A stretch of 58,516 nt of DNA from a virus (lineage: Duplodnaviria > Caudoviricetes): IMG/VR virus record IMGVR_UViG_3300023179_000123, positions 1 through 58,516 of that record; one strand, written 5' to 3'. This document shows, one piece after another, positions 1 to 10,300 of this stretch. Numbering within the stretch: the stretch's first letter is position 1; every line of letters begins with the position of its first letter. Position numbers and translations under genes: made by a program. The notes below the pieces were generated by a model. The model worked only from the letters and a program-made list of their open reading frames with translations. It was not told the DNA's origin and did not search any database.

Positions 1-1
1 C

Positions 2-586
2 TCCCCCTGCTACCAATAATGGGTTTCCTGATCTAAATATTCCACAATATCCACCACCTCCGCCGCCATATTGATTATCCCCGCCTGTAGTAGAGGATCC
101 TCCCCCAAATGGAGCATTAGTAGATCCTGGTCTGTTAAATCCTCCTCTTGGTACTCTGACAACTAAAGTTTCACTTGGGGTAACAGGTATTAAACCTCTT
201 GAATGGCCTCCGCCTCCGCCGTAGGATCCTCTTGACCATCCTCCAGAAGACCCTCCTCCTCCGCCTCCTGCCCATAATTTAACGTAAATATAATTTACTC
301 CGGCAGGTATAACGAAATTCTGGTCTGATGTATTAGATGTAAATGTTACTCTTGTTTTTCCTGAAGTATTAGCGAAACGACTGTTTAAATCTAATGGTAA
401 TGAGAATCCAACTACATTAGCGGTCAATCTAGAATTACTAGTGTCTAAAGATACTCCAAAATTAGAACCTATCGCATTTATTCTATTTGTTTGAACATTT
501 CCAGAAAATCCAGCCAATATAGTACCGTTTTCTATATAACTAGTTCCAGAAGTATCTTGAATTACATTAACTTTTAGTGTACTCAT
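2..586 (-). CDS. Glycine-rich tail fibre tip/adhesin-like protein, runs off the window edge
   Basis: Not in the ORF track. ATG at 586 reads MSTLKVNVIQDTSG...FVIPAGVNYIYVKLWAGGGGGSSGG..., open to the window start. Confidence 0.7.
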   Translation of the reverse strand, partial: MSTLKVNVIQDTSGTSYIENGTILAGFSGNVQTNRINAIGSNFGVSLDTSNSRLTANVVGFSLPLDLNSRFANTSGKTRVTFTSNTSDQNFVIPAGVNYIYVKLWAGGGGGGSSGGWSRGSYGGGGGHSRGLIPVTPSETLVVRVPRGGFNRPGSTNAPFGGGSSTTGGDNQYGGGGGGYCGIFRSGNPLLVAGG

Positions 587-588
587 TT

Positions 589-1410
589 TTACCTAACATA
601 TATTTCTACTCTTGCGCTACGATTTATACCTGTAGTATCTTGACAGCAGCCTATATAATCTCCAGCTGAATATTGTGCGCCAGTATTTTGCTGATTACCT
701 AGTAGTCCTATTCCACCTATAACATCATCACTACCCATATCACCATTTGGATATAATCCTCCGCCGTTTTCATTCCAGCCAAATCCCCACCGTGTTCTAG
801 TATAAGGACTTTGATTATTGTAGTAGTTAAATCCATAGAAACGAACATCAGTTTGGCTACTAAATACTCCGCTAGCCCATCCACTAAAATTTTTAGCGTC
901 TCTAATAAAGTAGCGACTTACAGTATTCCATAATGTTATAGGTACTATTCTGGTTCCACTATTATAAAAATTATTTTCTAGCCATATCCAGTTGCCTAGC
1001 CCAGCTATACTGCCACCAGCACCTATATCTGGCCAGCGTGCCAACATATCTTTGGCGGAAAAATAATTCATAGTATGAAACTTTGCATCTCCATCATTTT
1101 GATTAGTTTCCGTAGGATTTAGTGTATTAACAGTAGTCCAATAACTTGAATTATAATTAAATGTATTACCACGAGTAGCTTTCATTATCATCATCCAGCC
1201 ACCGCCGTCATAACTGTTATTCATTATACAGTATACTGGCGTTGCACCTACTGTAGGTAAATCTATCCAATAAACACCATCAGTATTAGTTCCAGTTAAT
1301 GTTTTAATTGCAGCTGCACTTAGGGCTGCTCTAGCAGCACTAGATCCATCTCTGACTAGAGAAAATCTTTTACTGTATCCACCTCCAGAAAAACTACCCC
1401 AAAACGGCAT
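589..1410 (-). CDS. Putative adhesin with fibrinogen-like domain
   Basis: DGVYWID...VYCIMNNSYDGGGWMMIMK motif; located in the fibre cluster. Confidence 0.65.
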   Translation of the reverse strand: MPFWGSFSGGGYSKRFSLVRDGSSAARAALSAAAIKTLTGTNTDGVYWIDLPTVGATPVYCIMNNSYDGGGWMMIMKATRGNTFNYNSSYWTTVNTLNPTETNQNDGDAKFHTMNYFSAKDMLARWPDIGAGGSIAGLGNWIWLENNFYNSGTRIVPITLWNTVSRYFIRDAKNFSGWASGVFSSQTDVRFYGFNYYNNQSPYTRTRWGFGWNENGGGLYPNGDMGSDDVIGGIGLLGNQQNTGAQYSAGDYIGCCQDTTGINRSARVEIYVR

Positions 1411-1412
1411 TT

Positions 1413-1961
1413 TTATACAAAACTTGTTTGAGCTGCGAAAACAGAATATGTGTTAGATGACGTTTTAATAACACTAACATTATAGATATCTGCCTTATTA
1501 GCTGTTCCGGTAGTAGGCGCACTACCTTGCCATCTTGTTACAACACCTGTTGTTGTACCATCAACTTGAATTGTATTACTAAAATACGCAGTAGAACCAT
1601 TATTAACTATGATAACATAGGATTCAGAAGTGCCTATAGGAAATACATTTAGACCAGTAAAATTCATAGCGAAATTAGCAGTATTATTTGCTGTATGTAA
1701 AACTATACCTCTTTCTGTACCATAAATTTGTACGGCACTTGGAGGAGTAGTTTCTATTCTAACTACCTCAGTCACACTAGATTGAAATATAACTTGAGGT
1801 GTTAAGGTTATAGTATTACTTTGCAATCTGACATAATCAGTACCAAGAGCAAATGGAACACCATTACTAATTACTAACCCTGAAGATTCGGGTCTTAAAG
1901 TAAAGTTATTTAGGCCTACTGTGTCTAGGCCAACTTGAACGTAATCTGTTTTAATTGTCAT
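1413..1961 (-). CDS. Tail fibre distal/adaptor protein
   Basis: Likely start MTIKTDY at 1961 (ATGA overlap). C-terminal WQGSAPT...DIY...VFAAQT is paralogous to 3154..3774. Confidence 0.55.
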   Translation of the reverse strand: MTIKTDYVQVGLDTVGLNNFTLRPESSGLVISNGVPFALGTDYVRLQSNTITLTPQVIFQSSVTEVVRIETTPPSAVQIYGTERGIVLHTANNTANFAMNFTGLNVFPIGTSESYVIIVNNGSTAYFSNTIQVDGTTTGVVTRWQGSAPTTGTANKADIYNVSVIKTSSNTYSVFAAQTSFV

Positions 1962-2383
1962 ACTATTGTCCAATCGCCCAAAACTGTTACTGTAACGCCG
2001 GGTGTGATAGAAATAGGACCAGCACTTACTGCATTTTTATCTGCTGCTACAGTATAACTTACTGTTACTGTTTTATTATTTTCATAAAATATTTCATCAT
2101 TACCACCACCTGTTGCTCCCCCACCAATTGATCCCCAAGTTCCTCTGTATCCCTCAAAACGGGTAGTTGTGGTATTGTAACGTAACATGCCATTGGCAGC
2201 AGAACCTGGTCTACTTGAAGTAGTACCATTTGGGACAGTAATGTATTCGCCAGAAAAAGAAATATTAGATGCTAAATCTGCAGAAACAACTGCCTGATTT
2301 TGTATCATTGAAGTAGTTATAGCATTGGCCTGTATCATGGCACTTGTTATAACATTTGGTGTTAATACTTTTAGAATAGGCAT
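1958..2383 (-). CDS. Short tail fibre-like structural protein
   Basis: VPNGTTSSRP...GMLRYNTTTTRFEGY fibre motif and C-terminal SAGPISI...WTIV motif. Confidence 0.6.
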   Translation of the reverse strand: MPILKVLTPNVITSAMIQANAITTSMIQNQAVVSADLASNISFSGEYITVPNGTTSSRPGSAANGMLRYNTTTTRFEGYRGTWGSIGGGATGGGNDEIFYENNKTVTVSYTVAADKNAVSAGPISITPGVTVTVLGDWTIV

Positions 2384-3154
2384 TTAAACTCCAAATCTAG
2401 CTCGTTGTGCGTTAAAATTAGTCGCAATTTCCGTAGCATCAAGTACTCTATTATAATATCTTACTATATAATAATAACCATTATACGAACCATAATCACC
2501 ATACCCTATTCTCGAACCTGAACTTAAAACCCTTGATCTGCCAGATGTTCTTACACTACCGCCAACATTTGTAGCATTAACATACATAATAGGTGTTTTT
2601 CCAGAATAAACGAAAACTACATGTGACGGTACAGAACTGGATATAGAAGTTGATACATTGGAAGATACTGATAGATAACTGTTAGCATGTTCGTTACCCA
2701 TAATACCATTTGTACCTACACTAAAACCTGCTCCACAATCACTGTTTCCTCTATTATCAGATGATATGACATGTCTGTGATTTGTAGAAAAAGTATTTAA
2801 TCCATGTAAAGGGGTTGTGTCTGTGGGTCTGCACCAAATCTCATAAGTAAAATCATCTGGTGCTCCAAAATCGACAGGCCATGACCAACCATTACCACCC
2901 CCATTATTAGAAAAACTTCCTCCATAATCCGCAGCTGAAAATGGGGGACTACCCTGCATATTCCATGCAGCTGACCCTGCTACTAAATTATTCCATGATG
3001 ATCCGCTACCTGGATAACTGGCTGGATTACCTGCGTCCAAATGAACAGTTAGACCCGAAGTAACTCCGGTGAATGTTAATCCACCGCCTCCTGTACTACC
3101 CCTTTGTCCATATCCTCTAGAGCTACCTGGCCCAATAGCCTGCAAAAATGGCAT
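2384..3154 (-). CDS. ConA-like lectin/LamG-domain adhesin
   Basis: GLTVHLDAGNPASYPGSGSSW...FTYEIW...VRYYNRVLDATEIATNFNAQRARFG. Confidence 0.75.
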   Translation of the reverse strand: MPFLQAIGPGSSRGYGQRGSTGGGGLTFTGVTSGLTVHLDAGNPASYPGSGSSWNNLVAGSAAWNMQGSPPFSAADYGGSFSNNGGGNGWSWPVDFGAPDDFTYEIWCRPTDTTPLHGLNTFSTNHRHVISSDNRGNSDCGAGFSVGTNGIMGNEHANSYLSVSSNVSTSISSSVPSHVVFVYSGKTPIMYVNATNVGGSVRTSGRSRVLSSGSRIGYGDYGSYNGYYYIVRYYNRVLDATEIATNFNAQRARFGV

Positions 3155-3774
3155 TAAGCAAACCTCGTTTGAGCAGCAAAAACAAAAAATGATGTAGGTG
3201 ACAATGCACTATCTATAGCATATTTAACTATAGTATATGAATAAAAATCAATAGAATTAGTATTACCTGACGTAGGTGCAGATCCACCTTGCCAGAATAA
3301 CGGATAAAATGCTCCATCTACTCTGACTCTATTTGCAAAATATGCAGTTCCCCCTTGCCTAGCAGCCACTACTACCGTTATGCCTTGATTAATTTTAATT
3401 AAACTTGACAATGCTACATCAGTTGCCGCTATAAAATTAGGAGTCCATGCTGCGGTTGAGGGTTGATTATAGATTACCACCCCTCCCTCTAAAACATTTA
3501 TATCAACATTACCTGATAAACTATTATTTAATACTTTTATATTTTCTATAACTCTATTCAAACCATTTAGAATGACAATATCACCAAGAGAAACATTTCC
3601 TGTTGCGGTCACGTTTCCTGCTAACGTAGTATTAGAATATGAGAATGTATTAGGTGTACTAATAGTCCCGCCCATAGCAAGATTTTTATCTATATAAACA
3701 CCGCCGCCGCTGGTTGACAGTTGGTTTCTACCAACCATCAAACCATTTTCTTCTAATACTATTTTAGTTAACAT
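3154..3774 (-). CDS. Tail fibre distal/adaptor protein
   Basis: C-terminal WQGGSAPTSGN...DFYSYTIVK...VFAAQTRFA, paralogous to 1413..1961. Confidence 0.55.
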   Translation of the reverse strand: MLTKIVLEENGLMVGRNQLSTSGGGVYIDKNLAMGGTISTPNTFSYSNTTLAGNVTATGNVSLGDIVILNGLNRVIENIKVLNNSLSGNVDINVLEGGVVIYNQPSTAAWTPNFIAATDVALSSLIKINQGITVVVAARQGGTAYFANRVRVDGAFYPLFWQGGSAPTSGNTNSIDFYSYTIVKYAIDSALSPTSFFVFAAQTRFA

Positions 3775-6700
3775 TATGCTTGTGCTTCAGTCCAGCTTAA
3801 ACGAGCTTGAATATTTGCAGGACCTGTTCCCGCATTTCTTGCAGCAACAGTTACAACATCAGGTCCATCTGGATACAATCCTGTTAACCCTGGGGCCGAG
3901 CCAACGCCTCCGCCTAAAATTGAATTTGCTAAATCCCTAACTTGATTCAAATCCTGTTGAATTGTTTCAAACGCTGTAGAACCTGCACTATTAACAGCAT
4001 AGAAACCATAAATTACTTCACCCCCTGTTACAGAAGCCGCGCCCGAATGATCGCAAACTTGAGACAAACTAGAAGTACCAGTTGCAATCGATCCAAACGT
4101 TCCTGGAGTACCACCTGATACCACACCATTTAATACTAAAGTAACAAGAAAACGACCATTAGTCACAACATCCAATTGTCTTAGAGTTACCTGCATTCTA
4201 TTAACTAATTCTTTTAAGCCGAATGTGCTAGGAATACCACCATCAACTGAAGGGGCTGCTCTTAAACTAAACAATGCATAATTAGAACCTTGGGGGATAG
4301 CTGTATCAGTAGTTTCACCATAAGTAAATATAAAAGATTTATCATCATCAAATCTACCATCCATAATAACAGATGTTCCCCAATGGCTTACTGTTGGAGC
4401 AAATTGTGGAGAATGTAAGAATATTGGAATTGGTAAAGTATTTGAAAAATTGTGATTAGTTGCAGTTTGACCCATAGGTCTGATTGTATATGTAACAGAG
4501 CTATTGGTCGAAATGGCACCTGTACTCATAGTTAATATACTAGGAGATCCTAATACTTTTCTTACTACAAATGTTCCTCCCGGCACGCCTGGGCCGTAAA
4601 TATATGCACCTTCTTGTATGGCAGTTAAATCAGATGAGGTTGATACATTGGGACTATTCAAAGTTGTCGATCCTGTAATAGTTCCTCCCGCTAATCCTCT
4701 AGTTAACCCAGTAAATGTCGTAGTAGTTTTGCCAGTGTAATTAACAAATTCGCACCCTCTTGGATTATCTATGAATAAAATACCACTGCTTGGGAATAAA
4801 GATGTATTAGCAACAGTTACAGAGGTATCTACGTTAGCTAAATTAGCAGTAAGAACAGTGTTTAATGCATTAGTATGGGTTTCATATCTAGCAGGCAAGT
4901 TGCCCGAGCGCATATATGCTTCATAATTAACATTATTGTTTACAAATCTATGGCAATAAAATACCCTACCTGCAGTATCTCTAAATCCAAATCTAATGGC
5001 ACCTGCACCGTACCAAGAGTAGTCTATATAAAACATTTGCATCTTGGTTAAGTCTAAATTATATCCAGACGATCCTGTACCATCACACCTATCTATATTC
5101 CATTGTGATTGAGGTATTTTAGTTTCAGTAGTTTTAGTGACTATACATTGAGAAGGTTGAGCTATTGATGGTCCTCTATATGCCGGCAATATATTCATTA
5201 CAGTATCTGATTCTATATTGTCTACTCTATATGACTGCCCCCTTATAACAATATAGTCTCCAGGAGACAACTGTTTAGCAAATTTAGTTGTTGTATTATT
5301 TACCGTAGCACCTACTACACGAGAACTTCCCTGCGTAACATTAACAAATCCCGATAATTGTTCAATTGATCTACGACGAACAGCATATATCTGTTGCCCA
5401 TCATATTCAAAGAATACTCCGTTTTGAGAGTCAAATAATCCAAGTCTAATAGCTGCTCCATACCAAGTACTTACTGATACTGTTATAATACCAGTAGCTA
5501 TTGAACTTGAGGGGGTTGTGATTGCTACATAATTAAAACTATTTGGGTTTATAACTTCATTTACTATAAATGTGCCATTGTAACCAGATTCAGTGGCTCC
5601 TGTAACTACTACAGTAACACCTGGTAAAAGTTGATGTGTAGTTTTAGTAATTACTGTTACTAGAGTACCCGATGATCTCATATCGTCAACATTGAAATTG
5701 GGTTTTACAATAGTTCCTGTACTTACCTGAATACCTTTACCCGATTGATAACGAAAATATCTACGAGTTTGCCTAATAGTTTGTAAATTATGCCCTGGAT
5801 TGCCTGTAGTAAATTGTACACCACCGTCAAATGGTCTATGAATATAAGTGCCATCTGGTCTTGGATATACAGATGCTGCGGAAATTGTTCCTGTAGGAGT
5901 TAAATCTGCAACCACTTCAAATGTATTAGCAGTTAGCACTCTAGAAACCGTCCACGATCCATTGGGCGGATTGGACGATGCTGAAGCGCCAGTAATAAAC
6001 ACCCCGTTTCTCAAAGTTAATCCATGGGGTTCCTCTGTTTGAATACTAATAACGTTGCCTGAATATGTGGGTTGTGTTGCTAAATTGTAATTAGCATTGG
6101 AATAGAACGTACCAGTATACGCAGTTGTTAACGATAAATTATAGATATTAGTGTCCATTGTTGCACTAAATGCTGGCGTAAATGGAAATTTAGCATTATA
6201 GGAAAATGAAGTGCCCGCTACGTTACTTGAAACAATAAATCCGCCATTAGCACCTGAAAAATCTGTATCATTGATTAAGATAGGTGTGCCAATTGCAGGA
6301 GGATTACTTGTATTAAAGGTAATGACAGATGAGTTAGCAGTAGCATTAGCACCAGTAATTACAATAGGATTTTGTGTATTGGTGAAAAAACAAGGTTTAT
6401 TGTTTAAAAGAGTTAATGTTTCCCATTTAGTAGGTTGTAATCCATATTCAAAGTCGGTATCAATTAATGATTGAGGGGTGGATACTCTAAATTTACCTAC
6501 CGGATCTTGATATTCTTCAGATGGGTCAAATTTTTCATTTATTTCATCATAGGTTATTTGCAATCTATCAGTACTAGACATACTTGTAGTATTATATGAC
6601 AATACTAAAGTAGTGGTAGCGCTTGTAGTAGAAGTATTTTGAGCAATGGTATAACTAGTGGCCGTTAGAGTCGGATCACTAAAATTATAAATTACAGTAT

Positions 6701-6818
6701 TATTAGTTACATTAGTAATAAGTAATAATCTTTCTCTTTGAATTACTCTAGTAATTACTAATGTTCTAGTAGATGGTACAAATACATAATCTGTTTCTGG
6801 AAGGACTCTTCTTGCCAT
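3774..6818 (-). CDS. Large virion structural protein (tail/fibre associated)
   Basis: 1014 aa, T/S/N-rich and beta-rich; LLLITNVT N-terminus, DTDFEYGLQPTKWE and RQTRRYFRYQSGKG motifs typical of T4-like aquatic phages. Confidence 0.6.
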   Translation of the reverse strand: MARRVLPETDYVFVPSTRTLVITRVIQRERLLLITNVTNNTVIYNFSDPTLTATSYTIAQNTSTTSATTTLVLSYNTTSMSSTDRLQITYDEINEKFDPSEEYQDPVGKFRVSTPQSLIDTDFEYGLQPTKWETLTLLNNKPCFFTNTQNPIVITGANATANSSVITFNTSNPPAIGTPILINDTDFSGANGGFIVSSNVAGTSFSYNAKFPFTPAFSATMDTNIYNLSLTTAYTGTFYSNANYNLATQPTYSGNVISIQTEEPHGLTLRNGVFITGASASSNPPNGSWTVSRVLTANTFEVVADLTPTGTISAASVYPRPDGTYIHRPFDGGVQFTTGNPGHNLQTIRQTRRYFRYQSGKGIQVSTGTIVKPNFNVDDMRSSGTLVTVITKTTHQLLPGVTVVVTGATESGYNGTFIVNEVINPNSFNYVAITTPSSSIATGIITVSVSTWYGAAIRLGLFDSQNGVFFEYDGQQIYAVRRRSIEQLSGFVNVTQGSSRVVGATVNNTTTKFAKQLSPGDYIVIRGQSYRVDNIESDTVMNILPAYRGPSIAQPSQCIVTKTTETKIPQSQWNIDRCDGTGSSGYNLDLTKMQMFYIDYSWYGAGAIRFGFRDTAGRVFYCHRFVNNNVNYEAYMRSGNLPARYETHTNALNTVLTANLANVDTSVTVANTSLFPSSGILFIDNPRGCEFVNYTGKTTTTFTGLTRGLAGGTITGSTTLNSPNVSTSSDLTAIQEGAYIYGPGVPGGTFVVRKVLGSPSILTMSTGAISTNSSVTYTIRPMGQTATNHNFSNTLPIPIFLHSPQFAPTVSHWGTSVIMDGRFDDDKSFIFTYGETTDTAIPQGSNYALFSLRAAPSVDGGIPSTFGLKELVNRMQVTLRQLDVVTNGRFLVTLVLNGVVSGGTPGTFGSIATGTSSLSQVCDHSGAASVTGGEVIYGFYAVNSAGSTAFETIQQDLNQVRDLANSILGGGVGSAPGLTGLYPDGPDVVTVAARNAGTGPANIQARLSWTEAQA

Positions 6819-6828
6819 TTCTTTTCCT

Positions 6829-7308
6829 TTAATAACCCAACATAATATTTATTGGTGAATAAGGTGTTTGTTTAGTTGTAATATTTTGTGCTGTTAGATA
6901 TTTAATAGTACCATTAAATGACATCCAACGAAGCGGTGGTGTGGAGAATACTATATTAGATGAACTTATCTCATACCCTGAATTGAAGGGTTCAATCTCA
7001 GATAAATTTAAATAATCATGTAAATGTTCTGTAGCTTGTATGGGAAAATTTCCTAGATAAATTTTTAATGCATATGGGCTTTTAGGTATAACCGATACGC
7101 CATTGACTTTTAGCGGAAAGATTTTATCAATACCATTAAATAACGGCGATATATCATCAAGTATATCTTCTGATCCTGCGCCAGTACTAGGAGAATTACT
7201 TACTGTTAAATTTCCAGTAAGTACTATATTACCTATTGTTACATTAGCTAATTGAGCAGAATTACCTAAAAGTTCTTTTACTAGATAGGTTGAATATTGT
7301 AATGCCAT
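6829..7308 (-). CDS. Virion structural protein, hypothetical
   Basis: Likely start MALQYSTY at 7308 (TAATG overlap); LDDISPLFNG..FPL motif. Confidence 0.55.
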   Translation of the reverse strand: MALQYSTYLVKELLGNSAQLANVTIGNIVLTGNLTVSNSPSTGAGSEDILDDISPLFNGIDKIFPLKVNGVSVIPKSPYALKIYLGNFPIQATEHLHDYLNLSEIEPFNSGYEISSSNIVFSTPPLRWMSFNGTIKYLTAQNITTKQTPYSPINIMLGY

Positions 7309-10300
7309 TAGTTTAACAATCTCCAACCATATGTTACGTTAAAATAAACAAATCCAAAATATGAATCTTCTGTATCAGATTCAAAATTATCGAATTGCCC
7401 CATGATTTTGCTACCGTTTCTTAAAATGGTCAATTTCTTAGTATCGAATGAACTGGTACCATCCAAGAAATAAACAGTATCCCCAAGTCTCGGATTTGGT
7501 GGTAAATTTATAAATGCAGGAACTGCTGCAGTGTTTACAATATATTTATATCCAGGTGCTGCAGTAGCATTCCCGGATATTTCTGCCCAACGTTCTGAAA
7601 CTGTAGCTATGGGCGCATTGCCCATATGAGTAACTTCAATTGATACATTTGCTGGAGGTGCTTCATTAAATGTTAGTACTGAACCAGATAAAGTATACTC
7701 TGTTTGGTGTTGTTTTAATCCATCAAACGATACTAATAATGCAGCTCCGCTACTTGGAGTTCTACTTAATGAAAACTGTGTGTTGGAACCGTTTGCTGTA
7801 AACGAATCTACTGCAAAACCTTCCCCCAAATCAACAAACGTGCCTACAGATAAAATATCACCTGCTTCTGCGCCCACTAATAAAGTAACTGCAGTACCGT
7901 TAGACGTATAATCTAATGTTGGTTCAAGTAATACACCATTAAGGTGTACTTGCATTCTTTGTGTACTAGGTATAATAAGTATCTGGGATGTATCATCAGT
8001 TCCAGCAAATATTGTTTGCGACGCATTAGCTGTATATCTGTATTTCTGGTAGGCAGCAACATTTGATGAAAGAGTAGCTGGTCCCCAAGTATTACCTAAC
8101 CATGTCAGTGCTTGTCCTGTTGTTGGCGCAGTGTTTGAAACATTTTTTAATTGTCCTATTACTAATTCGTTCTGTGAATTACTAAATGTTCTTACGAAAA
8201 TATTTGCGCCAGAATCAGGGGCGGAAGTAAATGCCAATACGCTATTAGTTATATTATAATTATAACTTGGTTGTTGTATAACACCATTAACGAAAACTAA
8301 AGCTTGATTTGAATCTCCACTAATATAACTTAAATTAAAGTTAGTATTACTACCATCTCCCAAGAATTCTTGGTTAGCTACTGTGCCAAGGAAAAACTTA
8401 GTATTATATACAGAGTCTGTGGAAAAATATTTTACAGAAATTACAGAATTGGATGAGGGTATTTCATCAAATACCAAATATTGACCTGAAGTAGTGTAAT
8501 TATTTGGATAATTTTGATTTATTCCATCCACATATACTAATACATTATTAGGTGTGGCTGGAGTGAATCCCATGTTAAAAGACGTGTTCGTCCCATCACC
8601 ATAGAATATAGATGTTTGTTGTGCTCCTATTAAAAGAACATTTGAACCCCCTCCTCCACCAGAAACAGTACCGGGTTGCCAGATATTACCTGACCATACT
8701 AATGCTTGTCCTGTGCTGGGTACAGTATTGCTTACATCTAAAAATATACTTAAGTTAGATGTAGCTAATCTAGCATCTACTCTAGCATTTGTAAAATATA
8801 GATTAGCGCCCTCTGATATATTAGATGTATTTAATACTATGGTGCCATTAGCACCATTAACTGAGGTGACGCCTCCAGTTACAGTTATAATACCATTTGC
8901 TTGGTCATAACTTCCTGATCCTGATACTGAAATGGCAGACCTAACTCTGCTGTTAGTGTAATATAGATTAGTGACTTCTGATACATTAGCAGTGGTTAAT
9001 AATGGACTTATATTAGCATAAACACGAGTATTTGTATAATAAAGATTAGTGACTTCTGATACATTAGCAGTGGTTAATAATGGACTTATATTAGCATAAA
9101 CACGAGTATTTGTATAATAAAGATTAGTGCCTTCTTCTATATCAGTTGTACTGGTTGCTAAATTATAATATGCAGTACCATTATTGGTAAATTGCCATCT
9201 ATCAGTACTTTCATTCCATTTTAAATCTACATTAGCACTTGATCCTCTGTTAACTAAAATTCCTGCGTCAAGTACAGGAGATCCGGTATGATTAGAATTT
9301 AGAACTACTTGATTATCTGCAACTGTTAATGTTTGAGAATTTAATGTAGTAGTATTACCAGATACTATCAAATTACCTGTTACTACAGCATCCCCCGCTA
9401 TAGTAATAGTTGTAGATGTAATATCATTACTATATAATCTACCATTAACTGTAATGTCATTTACAGTGACAAAATTAATGTTAGCCGCATTACCTAAAAG
9501 TGTGGTAATATTAGCACTATTTACAACCAATCCATCGGTCCTAGATTGTAGTAATGTCCCGCCCAAATCAATAGTGTTTCCTGAAAGATATAAATCTTTC
9601 CATCTATTTGTCGCATTACCTAAATTATAAACCGAATTCTGTGAAGGTATTATATTGCCATCGAATGCAGTGAAATAAGATTTAACTCTTGCATTAGTAT
9701 AGTAAAGATTTCCGCCCTCAGCGATATTGGTAGTAGTTAATACTACAGCGCCGTTCGCACCATTAACTGTTGTAACCCCGCCAGTAACTGTAATAATACC
9801 ATTCGCTTGGTCATAACTACCTGATCCTGTTACTGAAATAGCTGCTCTAGCACGAGCATTTGTGAAATATAGATTTGTGCCTTCAGCTATTTGAGTAGTT
9901 GTGGAATTTAAAACATTAGCTACAGGAGTAGGTTCCCATAAACTTGTTGCACCGTTATAAACTAAGATATTATTTGCAACAGGTGTAATATATGCTGCAA
10001 AATCGCCCAAATTGCTTAAGTTTAAATCTATTTGTTCTGATGAAAAATACCTATATGAAATATAAGCATTTGTTTCAGGCGGCGAAGTAAAGGTTAAAAC
10101 ATTTGAACTAACAGTGTAGTTTTGTATAGGTGTTTGTAAAACAGAATCTACAAATACTAATATAGCATTAGCAGATTGAGGAACAAAGGTTAAATTATAA
10201 TTTGAAGTACTATTATTTCCATAAAATTCACCAGTAAATAATCTACCTATTAAAAATGCATTAGATGTATCTGCTGAAATTACACCAGTATTGGAATTAT

